The notes under the pieces were generated by a model that worked only from the letters and a program-made list of their open reading frames with translations, was not told where the DNA came from and did not search any database. From Eledone cirrhosa (taxonomy: Eukaryota), in the NCBI GenBank assembly GCA_964016885.1, contig OZ024747.1:71238001-71302000 (forward strand): a stretch of DNA of 64,000 bases, written 5' to 3'. Position numbers and translations under genes: made by a program. Shown one piece after another: positions 25,384-37,444 of the stretch. Every line of letters starts with the position of its first letter. Position 1 is the first letter of the stretch.

Positions 25384-28277
25384 TGTTGTAGACAGGAAAA
25401 AGTTAAAAGAAACAACAGCTAAGATAAACAAAGTCATCCCATACCTTGAGGCGAGGAGCCTTCACCAGTGCAGCAATATCCTCAAAGCAACAGCAAATAC
25501 GGTGAGGAAACTACTTGGTATAAAAGCGAGAGGAAACAACAGACAAGAAAGAGCAGAGCCTTGGTGGAAGAAACGACTGAGTGGTCAAATCAGGGAAATG
25601 AGAAATGACATTGGAAAGCTTGAGTCCCTACTGAATGGGACACTAAAAAACATAGACACTAAAAATAGACTGGAAATAAAGTACTAAACTCGGAGGAAAA
25701 AGCTAAATATTATCATAGAGGAACTGAAGCAACGCATTGTAGCAAAAAGTGCAAAAATCAGGCGATACGAGAACAGAGTCAGCCAGTATAGACAGAACCG
25801 CATGTTCGACAACAACCAGAAGATGCTGTTTGGACAGCTTGAAGGGAAAGAAAGAGGCAACGACTTGATCCCTGAGGCGGAACAAACTAAAACATTCTGG
25901 AGAAGAATATGGGAGCAGGATGTTAAACATAATGACCAGGCAGTGTGGATTGAGACAGTACAGAAGGAGATCAGTGAAGAGGCACGCCAACAAACTAATT
26001 TGAGTATCACAGTTGAAACTCTTAAGGGGCAGGCCAAAAAACTAACCAACTGGAAATCACCTGGCCCAGATGGTGTGCAGGGGTATTGGATTAAAAACAT
26101 AACATCCCTCCACCCGAAACTGACAACCATGTTCAATGACTGCTTGATGTCAGGTGAGGTACCAGAGTGGTTGACAAAAGGTACCACAGTTCTGATAATG
26201 AAAGACCGAATGAAGGGTAATGATGTTACCAACTATAGACCTATCACATGTCTGTCCGTAATGTGGAAACTGTTGACAAGCATTATGTCTGAGGAAATCT
26301 ACCATCACCTCCACTCAAACAACTTGTTACCGGACGAACAGAAAGGATGCCGAAAGAAGTCACGTGGTACGAAGGACCAGTTATTTATTGATAAGATGGT
26401 AATGAGGAATTGCAAGAGGAGACACACTGGTCTTGCCATGGGATGGATAGACGACTACAAAAAGGCATTTGACATGGTGCCTCATTCTTGGATCACCAAA
26501 AGCCTGGAGATCTTCAAGGTGGCAGATAACATCAGGCAGTTGTTGGACAAAAGTATGAAGTCCTGTGAAACAGAGTTAACATCAACTGGAGAATCCTTGG
26601 GAAGCGTGAAGATCAAGAGAGGTATCTTCCAGGGAGATAGTCTGTCCCCTCTGTTGTTTGTCCTAAGCCTGATGCCCCTGACCAGTGTACTGCGAAAAGT
26701 GAGAGCAGGATACAGGTTGGGAAAGGGAGGGCTTACCATCAATCACCTCCTCTTCATGGACGATCTTAAGCTCTTCGGGAAGAGTGAGAAGGAGTTGGAT
26801 GTGCTTGTTGAAACTGTCCGTATTTTCAGCAGTGATATATGTATGCAATTTGGTATTAGTAAGTGTGGAGTCATTGTGATGAGGATGGGTAAGTTGAGCA
26901 GAAGTAACGGAATCCAGATACCAACAGGTGAGATGATAAAAGAAATTGACTCTGAAGAAGGATACAAGTATTTGGGCGTTCTGGAGGCTGATGGCATAAA
27001 GAACAAAAAAATGAAGGAATTGAAACTGAATACCTTCGGAGAGTAAGGAGCGTATTAAAGTCACATCTGAACAGTAGGAATGCCATAAGTGCAGTAAATT
27101 CCCGAGCTGTGTCTATTATTAGGTACAGTGCGGGAATTCTGAGATGGAATGTTGCTGAACAAAAAGAAATGGATAGGAAGACTAGGAAACTATTGACTAT
27201 CTACAATATGTTCCACAAGAGGAGTGATGTCGATAGACTCTACTTAAGGAGATCTGAGGGTGGAAGAGGTCTTATCAACATAGAGGACTGTGTTCAGACG
27301 GAGAAAAACAACCTACACAAATACATGACCTATAGTAAGGAGCCAATGCTCAGAGCTGCACTGAAGGAGGGGACAATAGGCCAGGAGATGTCCAAGGAGG
27401 AAATAACATCAAGGAGAAAGAGCAGCCTTCAGGAAAAATCCCTTCATAGTACCTTCTTTGAGAAAACTGAATTTAGAGATCCACAGACATGGAACTGGTT
27501 GAAAGAAAAGAGGAGACCTTAAAAAGGCTACAGAAGGAATGTTAATCGCTGCGCAGGAGCAGGCCCTCAAAACGAAGTGGTTGAAACACCACATTTACAA
27601 GGAGGAGGCTAGCCCACTGTGCAGGATCTGTGGAGAGAGAGAGAGTAGACTGTGGCTCACATTGTATCCGAGTGTAAACAACTAGCCCAGACTCACTATA
27701 AGGGCTGGAGACATGATGTGATGGGCAGGGTGATCCACTGGCACCTATGCAAAGTAAACAATTTACCACATTCTGAGAAGTGGTATGAGCATAAGCCAGA
27801 GGCGGTGATAGAAAATGATCAGGTGAAGGTGCTGTGGGATTTTAGGATACAGACGGACAAAAAACTGGAACACAATAGACCTGACCTGGTGGTTGTGGAC
27901 AAAGAAAAAAGATCGTGCCTGATTGTGGATGTGGCCTGCCCGTTCGACACGAGAGTGCCAGAGAAGGAGAGGGAGAAAATTAACCGATACCAGGACTTAA
28001 AGTGGGAGGTAAAAAGGATTTGGAACTGCCATGAAGTCAAAGTGATCCCGATTGTCATAGGCGCACTAGGGACTATCTCAAAAAGTTTCCAGGGATGGTT
28101 AAAGAAAATCGGCCCCTTCACGCTTTTTGGAACGCTTCAAAAGGCATGCTTGCTGGGAACAGCAAGAACCCTCCGATACGTCCTGAATATCTGAGGCTGC
28201 AGGTAGTGGCTTGATATTCATCTCAACAAACTTTCCAGTTAACTAACATCAATGACTGAGACTCAAAGAGTAATAAC

Positions 28278-28346
<69 letters not shown>
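25384..28346 (+). mobile_element. 5'-truncated degenerate Dong/R4 copy 4
   Basis: Broken ORFs 25367-25687, 25802-27046, 27109-27522 and 27652-28194; (TAA)n tail. Confidence 0.93.
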
Positions 28347-28348
<2 letters not shown>

Positions 28349-30183
28349 ACACTGGTCTTGCCATGGGATGGATAGACTACAAAAAGGCATTTGACATGGT
28401 GCCTCATTCTTGGATCACCAAAAGCCTAGAGACCTTCAAGGTGGCAGATAACATCAGACAGTTGTTGGGCAAAAGTATGAAGTCCTGAAAAACAGAGTTA
28501 GCATCAGCTGGAGAATCCTTGGGAGGCGTGAAGATCAAGAGAGATATCTTCCAGGGAGATAGTCTGTCCCCTCTGTTGTTTGTCCTTGCCCTGATGCCCC
28601 TGACCATTATACTGCGAAAAGTGAGAGCAGGATACAAGTTGGGAAAGGGAAAGCTTATCATCAATCACCTCCTCTTCATGGACGATCTTAAGCTCTTCGG
28701 GAAGAGTGAGAAGGAGTTGGATGTGCTTGTTGACACTGTCCGTATTTTCAGCAATGATATATGTATGCAATTTGGTATTAGTAAGTGTGGAGTCCTTGTG
28801 ATGAAGAGGGGTAAATTGAGCAGAAGTAACAGAATCCAGGTGCCAACAGGTTAGATGATAAAGGAAATTGACACTGAAGAAGGATACAAGTATTTGGGTG
28901 TTCTGGAGGCTGATGACATCAAGAACAAAAAAATGAAAGAATTGATAAGATCTGAATACATTCAGAGAGTAAGGAGCGTATTAAAGTCACATCTGAACAG
29001 TAGGAATGCCATAAGTGCAGTAAATTCCCGAGCTGTGTCTATTATTAGGTACAATTCTGAGATGGAATGTTGCTGAACAAAAAGAAATGGATAGGAAGAC
29101 TAGGAAGCTATTGACTAACTACAACATGTTCCACAAGAGGAGTGATGTCGATAGACTCTACTTAAGGTGATCTGACGATGGAAGAGGTCTTATCAGCATA
29201 GAGGACTGTGTTCAGATGGAGAAAAACAGCCTACACAAATACGTGACTGATAGTAAGGAGCCAATGCTCAGAATTGTACTGAAGGAGAGGACAATAGACC
29301 AGGGGATGTCAAAGGAGGAAATAACAACAAGGAGAAAGAGCAGCCTTCAGGAAAAATCCCTTCATAGTACCTTCTTTGAGAAAACTGAATTCAGAGATCC
29401 ACATACATGGAACTGGTTGAAAAAAGGAGACCTTAAAAAGGCTACAGAAGGAATGCTAATGGCTGCTCAAAAGCAGGCCCTCAAAACGAAGTGGTTGAAA
29501 CACCACATTTACAAGGAGGAGGCTAGCCCACTGTGCAGGATCTGTGGAGAGAGAGAGGAGACTGTGGCTCACATTGTATCCGAGTGTAAACAACTAGCCC
29601 AGACTCACTATAAGGGCTGGAGACATGATGTGATGGGCAGGGTGATCCACTGGCACCTGTGCAAAGTAAACAATTTACCACATTCTGAGAAATGGTATGA
29701 GCATAGGCCAGAGGCTGTGGGATTTTAGGATACAGACGGACAAAAAACTGGAACACAATAGACCTGACCTGGTGGTTGTGGACAAAGAAAAAAGATCGTG
29801 TCTGATTGTGGATGTGGCCTGCCCATTCGACACGAGAGTGCAAGAGAAGGAGAGGGAGAAAATTAACCGATACCAGGACCTAAAGTGGGAGGTGAAAAGG
29901 ATTTGGAACTGCCATGAAGTCAAAGTGATCCCGATTGTCATAGGCGCACTGGGGACTATCTCCAAAAGTTTCCAGGGATGGTTAAAGAAAATCGGCCCCT
30001 TCACGCTTTTTGGAACGCTTCAAAAGGCATGCTTGCTTGGAACAGCAAGAACCCTCCGATACGTCCTGAATATCTGAGGCTGCAGGTAGTGGCTTGATAT
30101 TCAATCCAACGGACTTTCCAGTTAACCAACATCAATGACTGAGATTCAAGGAATAACAACAATAATAATAATAATAATAATAA
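28347..30183 (+). mobile_element. 5'-truncated degenerate Dong/R4 copy 5
   Basis: Broken ORFs 28519-30077 with stops and small deletions; (TAA)n tail. Confidence 0.93.
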
Positions 30184-30409
30184 ACAATAGAAATGAAAAT
30201 AAATGATAAATGAAGTTTCAGAAGATCCCGTTAAGGCTGAAAGCAGCGAATCTTTGCTTAAACTTTAATGTATCATTAGGTAACAGATTCAATGGCATCA
30301 TGTTCAACTGTCATTTACCGTAGTCTCGACTTGACGCATGGCTTGTGAGTGAAATTAGATAGACAGAAAACGTCTGGAAGCTCGTCAGAAAGAGTGTACA
30401 TAAATTCAA

Positions 30410-30545
30410 ACAGCCAGCTTTGTCACACGGTGTCACACTATCTCCTCGAGAATTACATTAAAGATACACCTCTCTTTGGAATGCTCAGCCACTTACACGT
30501 TGAGTTTAGGAACAGACTGTTCTGTTGTCCAAACAACTGGAACCC
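30410..30545 (-). repeat. Interspersed repeat, same family as 4240-4435
   Basis: Reverse-complement similarity to 4310-4410. Confidence 0.55.
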
Positions 30546-31087
30546 TTTTCATGGAAACTGGCGGAGATACTTTCCCTGTTTTCAAATACAATCTGTAAGA
30601 GAAGCAAAGAAAGCATATATAATTACGTGCGTACATACATAAGTAATTTACTAAATAAGAATGTACCATGTCATATGATCATATATTGACTAATAGAGTT
30701 AATGTATCTCCCTGCTTAACACCCCACCTCGCATATGGATGTCTTTCGTAATGCCCACCCTACTGCAAAATTTCAGGCCAAGCCTTCGGTTTGAGGATAT
30801 CTTCCTTCCCTCGCCCTACTGGTCCAGGATGCATTGCCTTTCTCTTTTTGATTAAATAGTAAAAAGAAATACATGCAATCACGCAAACATATTTATAACA
30901 AACAAATAGACATGCGTAGCCATATGTATATAGACACAGAGGCCACACACAAACATTCATTCAAATAAATTCGTGTAGATTCGAATATATGAACAGCATG
31001 TATAGACTCGCTTAATACAAATTGAAGTTACGTGCTCCCATAGCCAATCGCAAATATACAGACTTTATATAAACATAAAAGCGTATG

Positions 31088-31120
<33 letters not shown>

Positions 31121-31205
31121 ATGTGCATACATATATATATATACACTTACACGCCAACACACACATATGATGTATGTACAGATATATATATATATATATA
31201 TATAT

Positions 31206-31597
<392 letters not shown>

Positions 31598-31601
31598 GTT
31601 A

Positions 31602-31721
31602 GTTAGTTACAAATATCAGATAAGGAATATATTTACTTACATGTATACCATCAGGTGTTGTCAACAGCTGATGATATACATGTAAGTAAATATATTCCTT
31701 ATCTCATATTTTGTAACTAAC
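31602..31721. repeat. Inverted repeat (about 58-bp arms) abutting (TA)n
   Basis: GTTAGTTACAAA..GATAAGGAATATATTTACTTACATGTATA / TATACATGTAAGTAAATATATTCCTTATC..TTTGTAACTAAC. Confidence 0.9.
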
Positions 31722-31968
31722 CTTACATAGATCGATAACGAAATATGCGTACGATGTATTATTATCACCTAGAAACGATCGTAAAGAAGTGAAGTATATT
31801 TCTAATGACTTGAATTTTTATTTCATTGTTTTAACTTATATCATGACTCTGTTTTCCTTCTAATGTTTTATTGTTTTCCGGGATTTATTTTAACCTACAA
31901 CATTTTCAACATATGGATTACATTGAGTTCTTCATGCCGACTAGACCCCACAACCTACCGTGGATATT

Positions 31969-32006
<38 letters not shown>

Positions 32007-32009
32007 CAT

Positions 32010-32442
32010 AGTGACAGCCATCTTTGGCTGTGACCTCTTCAGGCAGTTTGAATTAGTATGGTATAGACAAGTACATATGTTGTTTAGGTGTATAATATTG
32101 TCAATACACTGATATGCTCAGTTCCTTGTTGGGTTGTTAATTCACTGAGGAACTGGAGTCATAGGAATTCAAACAAACGAATTTCAGTGTCAAAGGTCCT
32201 CTTCTCCTCTCATTGGTCAGTTATTAGAACATTCCTCAATGAGAGGAGAAGAGGACCTTTGACACTGAAATTCGTTTGTTTGAATTCATATGACTCCAGT
32301 TCCTCAGTGAATTAACAACCCAACAAGGAACTGGGCATATCAGAGTATTGACAATATTATACACCTAAACAACATATGTACTTGTCTATACCATACTAAT
32401 TCAAACTGCTTGAAGAGGTCACAGCCAAAGATGGCTGTCACT
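32010..32442. repeat. Inverted repeat, 206-bp arms with a 21-nt loop
   Basis: Arms 32010-32215 and 32237-32442 are near-perfect reverse complements. Confidence 0.95.
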
Positions 32443-32459
32443 GAAATATATATAGCAGT
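32405..32459 (+). ncRNA. Degenerate minimal hammerhead motif at the outer end of the palindrome
   Basis: ACTGC-TTGAAGA-stem II (GTCACAGCCA/TGGCTGTCAC)-GAAA-TATATA-TA-GCAGT. The left-arm copy retains CTGAAGA but is cut before GAAA. Confidence 0.6.
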
Positions 32460-32607
32460 AATAAACGAAGCTAAATTTTAATCATTTGACTTTTATTTAA
32501 CTTTATTTTACACTACTCCGGAGTAACCAGACCAACCTGCGCACTTCGTCGAGTGCTCCAGGCTGCATACTGAGGTGTTGGTATACAACCAACATAAACT
32601 CAAAATC

Positions 32608-32658
<51 letters not shown>

Positions 32659-32662
<4 letters not shown>

Positions 32663-32748
32663 ATACTTTGGGAGGGTCATGTTGCCAATAAGAAACACAC
32701 GCACCAGTTGCTTTCTTATTGGCAACATGACCCTCCCAAAGTATAACA
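32659..32748. repeat. Perfect inverted repeat, 37-bp arms with a 16-nt loop, abutting (TA)n
   Basis: TGTTATACTTTGGGAGGGTCATGTTGCCAATAAGAAA and its exact reverse complement. Confidence 0.95.
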
Positions 32749-32806
32749 CTATCGGTTTCAACACACGATTTCAGATAAAGAATCTTGCTAAACAAATTCA
32801 GAAACG

Positions 32807-32898
<92 letters not shown>

Positions 32899-33351
32899 CG
32901 ATGGACAGGCCCGATATCTTTCAAGCCAGTCCAGTCCACCATATTTCTACTCACCATGCAACATTTTATTAAGTGAGAGGAGAACCCGATATTAGGAGAA
33001 TCACAACTTAATTGACTGTCAGAGCTCTCCAGTAACTGAGATAGATTCCTCAATAGAAATATAATCTTTGCTTACTGACTTAGACACTTCTTGGGGATCA
33101 GATGTCCTATGGGAATACCTAATCTGCTTGTACCTAACAGAATCATACTAAATGTTTCAGTTTGCATTCAGATATCTTTTCAAGCATAATAATTAAATAA
33201 AACCACGAAACGCTTATGAAGGTAAGTGGGACGAGAGGAATGAAAGAGTGGAATTTTAAAAGGGTGGGGGTTAGTCAGAACTTTGTGGTCTGTATGTGAA
33301 TGAGTGTTTTTCCTTGACTCTAGCGAACGATAGCGAGATAGACAAACAGAC

Positions 33352-33419
<68 letters not shown>

Positions 33420-33569
33420 GTTTTAAAAGGAGCAAGATATTTGGAGGACACACATACATACATGCATACATACATAGATACCTACCTGCCTACATACATA
33501 CATACATACATACATACATACATACATACATACATACATACATACATACACACATATATACATACATAC

Positions 33570-33620
33570 ATGATGATGGCTGTCCCCTCGTTATCGAGTA
33601 TGGCCATTGCACGAGAAAAA
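33570..33620 (-). mobile_element. RTE-type 3' tail remnant ending in (ATGT)n
   Basis: GGCCATACTCGATAACGAGGGGACAGCCATCATC(ATGT)n; near-identical to 37071-37115. Confidence 0.6.
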
Positions 33621-33767
33621 CATATATATATATATACATACATATACATATATACATATATATTAATAACAATAATAATAATAATAATAACAACAATAAT
33701 AATAACGACAACAACAATATACATACATACATACATACATACATACATACATACATACATACATACA

Positions 33768-33798
<31 letters not shown>

Positions 33799-34084
33799 TG
33801 AAATATATACAAAGATAAACAGACAAATGAATGCACCTTTACTTATATATACATATATATATATATATACAGAGAGAAAGAGATATTGGAAATTGAGAGA
33901 GTGAAAGAGGGAGAGAGACAAATAGACAAATATATGAACTAACAGATGCTTGCTTCCTCGCTTATTTATGGTTTTCCGTCGAATCAGTGTTACTCATTAT
34001 CTCCTTCATCGCAGATCCCCCCATTACCTTATATCCCATTCCATCTTCCTCCTGTATGGGTCCTTGGATGACTGTGTTCTTATT

Positions 34085-34545
34085 GAAAATACAGCGGGAC
34101 GTTATGCTTAATGTGTGCTCTGACGAACGAAGCAGACATGCGTGATACTCTGATCAAGTCACCGTCGAGACTTCGGGTCTCCTCGGACGCCGCACTGCTG
34201 ATTTCCTTCATAATATCGGAAAGACAGTAGCGTACCTGAAGAAGGAGCCCTGTGAGTGGGAGTGGCTGTTACAGTGAGTGTCACTGGCCATTCTCCACGG
34301 CAATACCTTTACCATTCTATCCGCGGGACGCAGCTGAAATACAGCCCAGACTGGGGCGTAGAGCCTATCGCCCTCTCTCCCTCTTCCTTTCTTTCGTTAG
34401 TCATTCCCCTTTTTTCTCACCCCTTTTCTTATTTTCCTCTCTTTTATTTGTTTCTTTATTGCCATGTATATTGTACATTTTTTTTTTACTACTGGATATT
34501 TTACATTGCAATAAATCATTAATAACATATTCAGAAGAAAAAAAA
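34085..34545 (+). mobile_element. 3' fragment of a CRE-like RLE non-LTR element
   Basis: From 34164: VETSGLLGRRTADFLHNIGKTVAYLKKEPCEWEWLLQ*VSLAILHGNTFTIL, resembling the ET.G..G..A..FL..G..LQR.S.AI.RGN C-terminus. It is followed by a pyrimidine-rich 3' UTR, AATAAA and an A-rich tail. Confidence 0.7.
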
Positions 34546-35309
34546 GATTAGTCTTATCGACATTGTTTCCGAGATTATTTCAATGTCATCTGCCGGAAGG
34601 ATTGTCCTAACGGTCAAGCCCAAAACACACTAGGCTTCAGCAATACATTAAACATAAGGAATAGTGATGAAGAATTCCAATAACACAACAATCCGGTGCT
34701 AACTCAACAGATATTGTTGTACGGGACAGGGAACAATAGTCATTCACTGTTGCAGCTGCCCAGCGAATGTGAATATCTTGTTCAAAGTTGTCGAATGTCC
34801 ATGGTGAAATAATTCGGAAATTACTGCTTTTGTATCCTGACTATATGCTTCCATTTTTACCTGATATTAAGGCTAGATAAAAAGAGCTTTGTATAGAACC
34901 ATTGAAATACAAAAGTGTGGACAGAAAGGCCAACAAAAAAAAACCCCACGTTTTGCAAATCTAATCGATTAGTGCTACAAAGAAGATTTATAAAACATTC
35001 CAGATTCTCCGGTTGTGTCTCATGGGACAAATATACGCCTACAGTTACATATGTAAATATGACATACAAACAAACATAAATATTACAATGTACATATATG
35101 TATCAAAAAGACATGGACACACGTTATATACATGCAAGTATGTCTACACTTACATTTAGATATATCAACTCCTTAGCTTACTCACATATTCACACAGTGG
35201 AGTTACTTTCACACAAAGATCTGTGCCACATTATTGATGCTTCGCTCGAATTCTATAAAGAAAAATTAAATACATTCACCCATACATACGTACTCATATC
35301 TATATATAC

Positions 35310-35634
35310 ATGATGATGGCGATGTCTTCGATTCGAAGATACATCAAATTAAAGATCGGGTACACTCTGTCCTCCCAGCGTGCCTGAGCGTTGGTGTCTT
35401 CTCTGGCCGATTCGAGATCGGCAGATCAGCCCACAGCGACCACAGGGAAATGCCTTTGTTTTGCTTTGCTCCACCCTGGCCGAACCCTTCCAGTGGGCTC
35501 TCTTCTTCCCCTGGCTTATGCGGGGGTTTGCCTCGAATGTGGTGGTGGCCTGCTGCATGCTGCGGCGCTAAGCAGTGTCCGGTTTAGTCGCCGACGACCC
35601 GACCAGAACATGCACAGGTTGTACTGGGTTACAT
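35310..35634 (-). mobile_element. Bipartite RTE-derived element (5' UTR piece fused to ORF C-terminus and tail)
   Basis: FPCGRCGLICRSRIGQRRHQR is an RTE/BovB-type C-terminal motif; tail GCCATCATCATGT; head GGTCGGGTCG.CGGCGACTAAAC is shared with the neighbouring elements. Confidence 0.75.
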
Positions 35635-36210
35635 ATGGTGGCTGCCAACTCGTTTTCGAGTACGGCCACTACTTTATATCCATGTAGGAGAACCCCTACC
35701 GATGCGCTGAACGAGTGTGACTTTTTAGTCCAGCCTGTGACATGAAAACTCTGGTACAAACACTACACTTGTGACAATTATTGACACATAGTGCTGGGCC
35801 CATGGTACCATGTGACGACAAGTGCAGAGAGATCTCCAGATATAAAGCAATGCCTGTGCCGTGAAGCTTTTATAGTGAGCAAAGGCACTGCACAAAGCCA
35901 GTCCCACTCTCTTAACCGAGATGATATTTACCAAAAAGAAGAAGTCAACATAATTGGATACCATCAGAGTTGCAGGTGTTATATCAGTTTTCCTTCTCCT
36001 AGAATTCTGCCTGGTAACATGTATCCCAGTACAACCTGTCTCATGGTCGGGTCGTTGGCGACTAAACTGGCAACCCCACCAAGGTTTCTTGGTGAGGAGA
36101 GTGACTTTAGACATCCTACAGGACTAAAAACAAAACCTATCAAAGGGCAAAGGAGCTCTTAAGAGTCAATGGCCATCCAAAATCACCGGGAGAGATGACC
36201 CCTTAGCCTT
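35635..36210 (-). mobile_element. Non-autonomous RTE-related element with inverted 5' segment
   Basis: 35635-36010 is a direct copy of 36378-36762, and 36011-36210 is the reverse complement of about 36768-36968. Confidence 0.85.
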
Positions 36211-36377
36211 TATATATATATATACATACATGCATACATACATACATACATACATACATACATACATACATACATACATACATGCATGCATACATACATA
36301 CATACATACATACATACATACATACATACATACATACATACATACATACATACATACATACATACATACATACATAC

Positions 36378-36987
36378 ATGGTGGTGGCTGCAAACTCGTT
36401 TTCGTGTACGGCCACTACTCTATATCCATGTAGGAGAACCCCTACGGATGCGCTGAACGAGTGTGACTTTTTAGTCCAGCCAGCGATTTGAAAACTCTGG
36501 TACAAACACTACACTTTTGACAATTAGTGACACATAGTGCTGGGCCCATGGTACCATCTGACGACAAGTGCAGAGAGATCTCCAGATATAAAGCAATGCC
36601 TGTGCCGTGAAGCTTTTATAGTGAGCAAAGGCACTGCACAAAGCCAGTCCCACTCTCTTAACCAAGATGATATGTACCAAAAAGAAGAACAAGTCAACAT
36701 CATTGGATACCATCAGGGTTGCAGTTGTTATATCAGAGTTTTCCTTCTCCTAGAATTCTGCCTTGACAAAGGCTAAGGGGTCATCTCTCCCGGTGATTTT
36801 GGATGGCCATTGACTCTTAAGAGCTCCTTTGCCCTTTGACAGGTTTTGTTTTTAGTCCTGCAGGATGTACAAAGTCACCCTCCTCACCAAGAATCCTTGG
36901 TGGGGTTGCCAGTTTAGTCGCCAACGACCCGACCATGAGACAGGTTGTACTGTGATACATGTTACCAGTAGCACAAACTGGTGACCA
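36378..36987 (-). mobile_element. Non-autonomous RTE-related element, about 610 bp, between (CATA)n tracts
   Basis: RTE 5' UTR-like motif CTAGGAGAAGGAAAACTCTGAT; tail GGCCGTACACGAAAACGAGTTTGCAGCCACCACC(ATGT)n; no RT-like ORF. Confidence 0.75.
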
Positions 36988-37070
36988 TACATACATACAT
37001 ACATACATACATACATACATACATACATACATACATACATACATACATACATACATACATACATACATAC

Positions 37071-37115
37071 ATGATGGCTGCCCCCTCGTTATCGAGTATG
37101 GCCATTGCACGAGAA
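37071..37115 (-). mobile_element. RTE-type 3' tail remnant ending in (ATGT)n
   Basis: Near-identical to 33570-33620. Confidence 0.6.
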
Positions 37116-37150
37116 GAAATTAAAAATAAATAAATAAATAAATAAAATAA

Positions 37151-37185
<35 letters not shown>

Positions 37186-37444
37186 TTTCTTTATTAACCA
37201 CAAGGGTTTACATAAAGTAGACATTAAGGACAGTGCAGGACAATGCAGGACGGTACAAATGGGCATTTCTGCGTGTAAAAAACAAAAACAGAGGATGTAA
37301 CAAAAATAACAATGAAAATAACAATGAAAAATTCCCCAATAGGGGGGAGACTTCGGAGGGACATTTGTGGAGAAAGCCCAGTAAAAAGCCACAATGACCC
37401 TGACCACCAAGGCAAGTGCCCTCTCCCAGTTTTCCACCTTTAAT

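Noticed and set aside
17328-30004. Minus-strand ORFs within the Dong copies
   Set aside because: Antisense shadows of the RT-RLE frame.
32896-33190. Non-repetitive stretch (also 34560-34850 and 7800-7985) as possible host exons
   Set aside because: No recognisable protein motif or supported splice structure.
34118-34200. CTGACGA and GTC-TCCTCG-GAC as hammerhead or HDV cores
   Set aside because: The required stems are missing, and the region is better explained as decayed RLE coding sequence.
36905-36987. Possible HDV-like ribozyme in the RTE-derived head (GG-hairpin-CTAA-ACTGG pairing with CCAGT)
   Set aside because: J4/2- and P2-like parts are present, but no TYCHCGY L3 loop or convincing P1/P3 could be fitted by eye.
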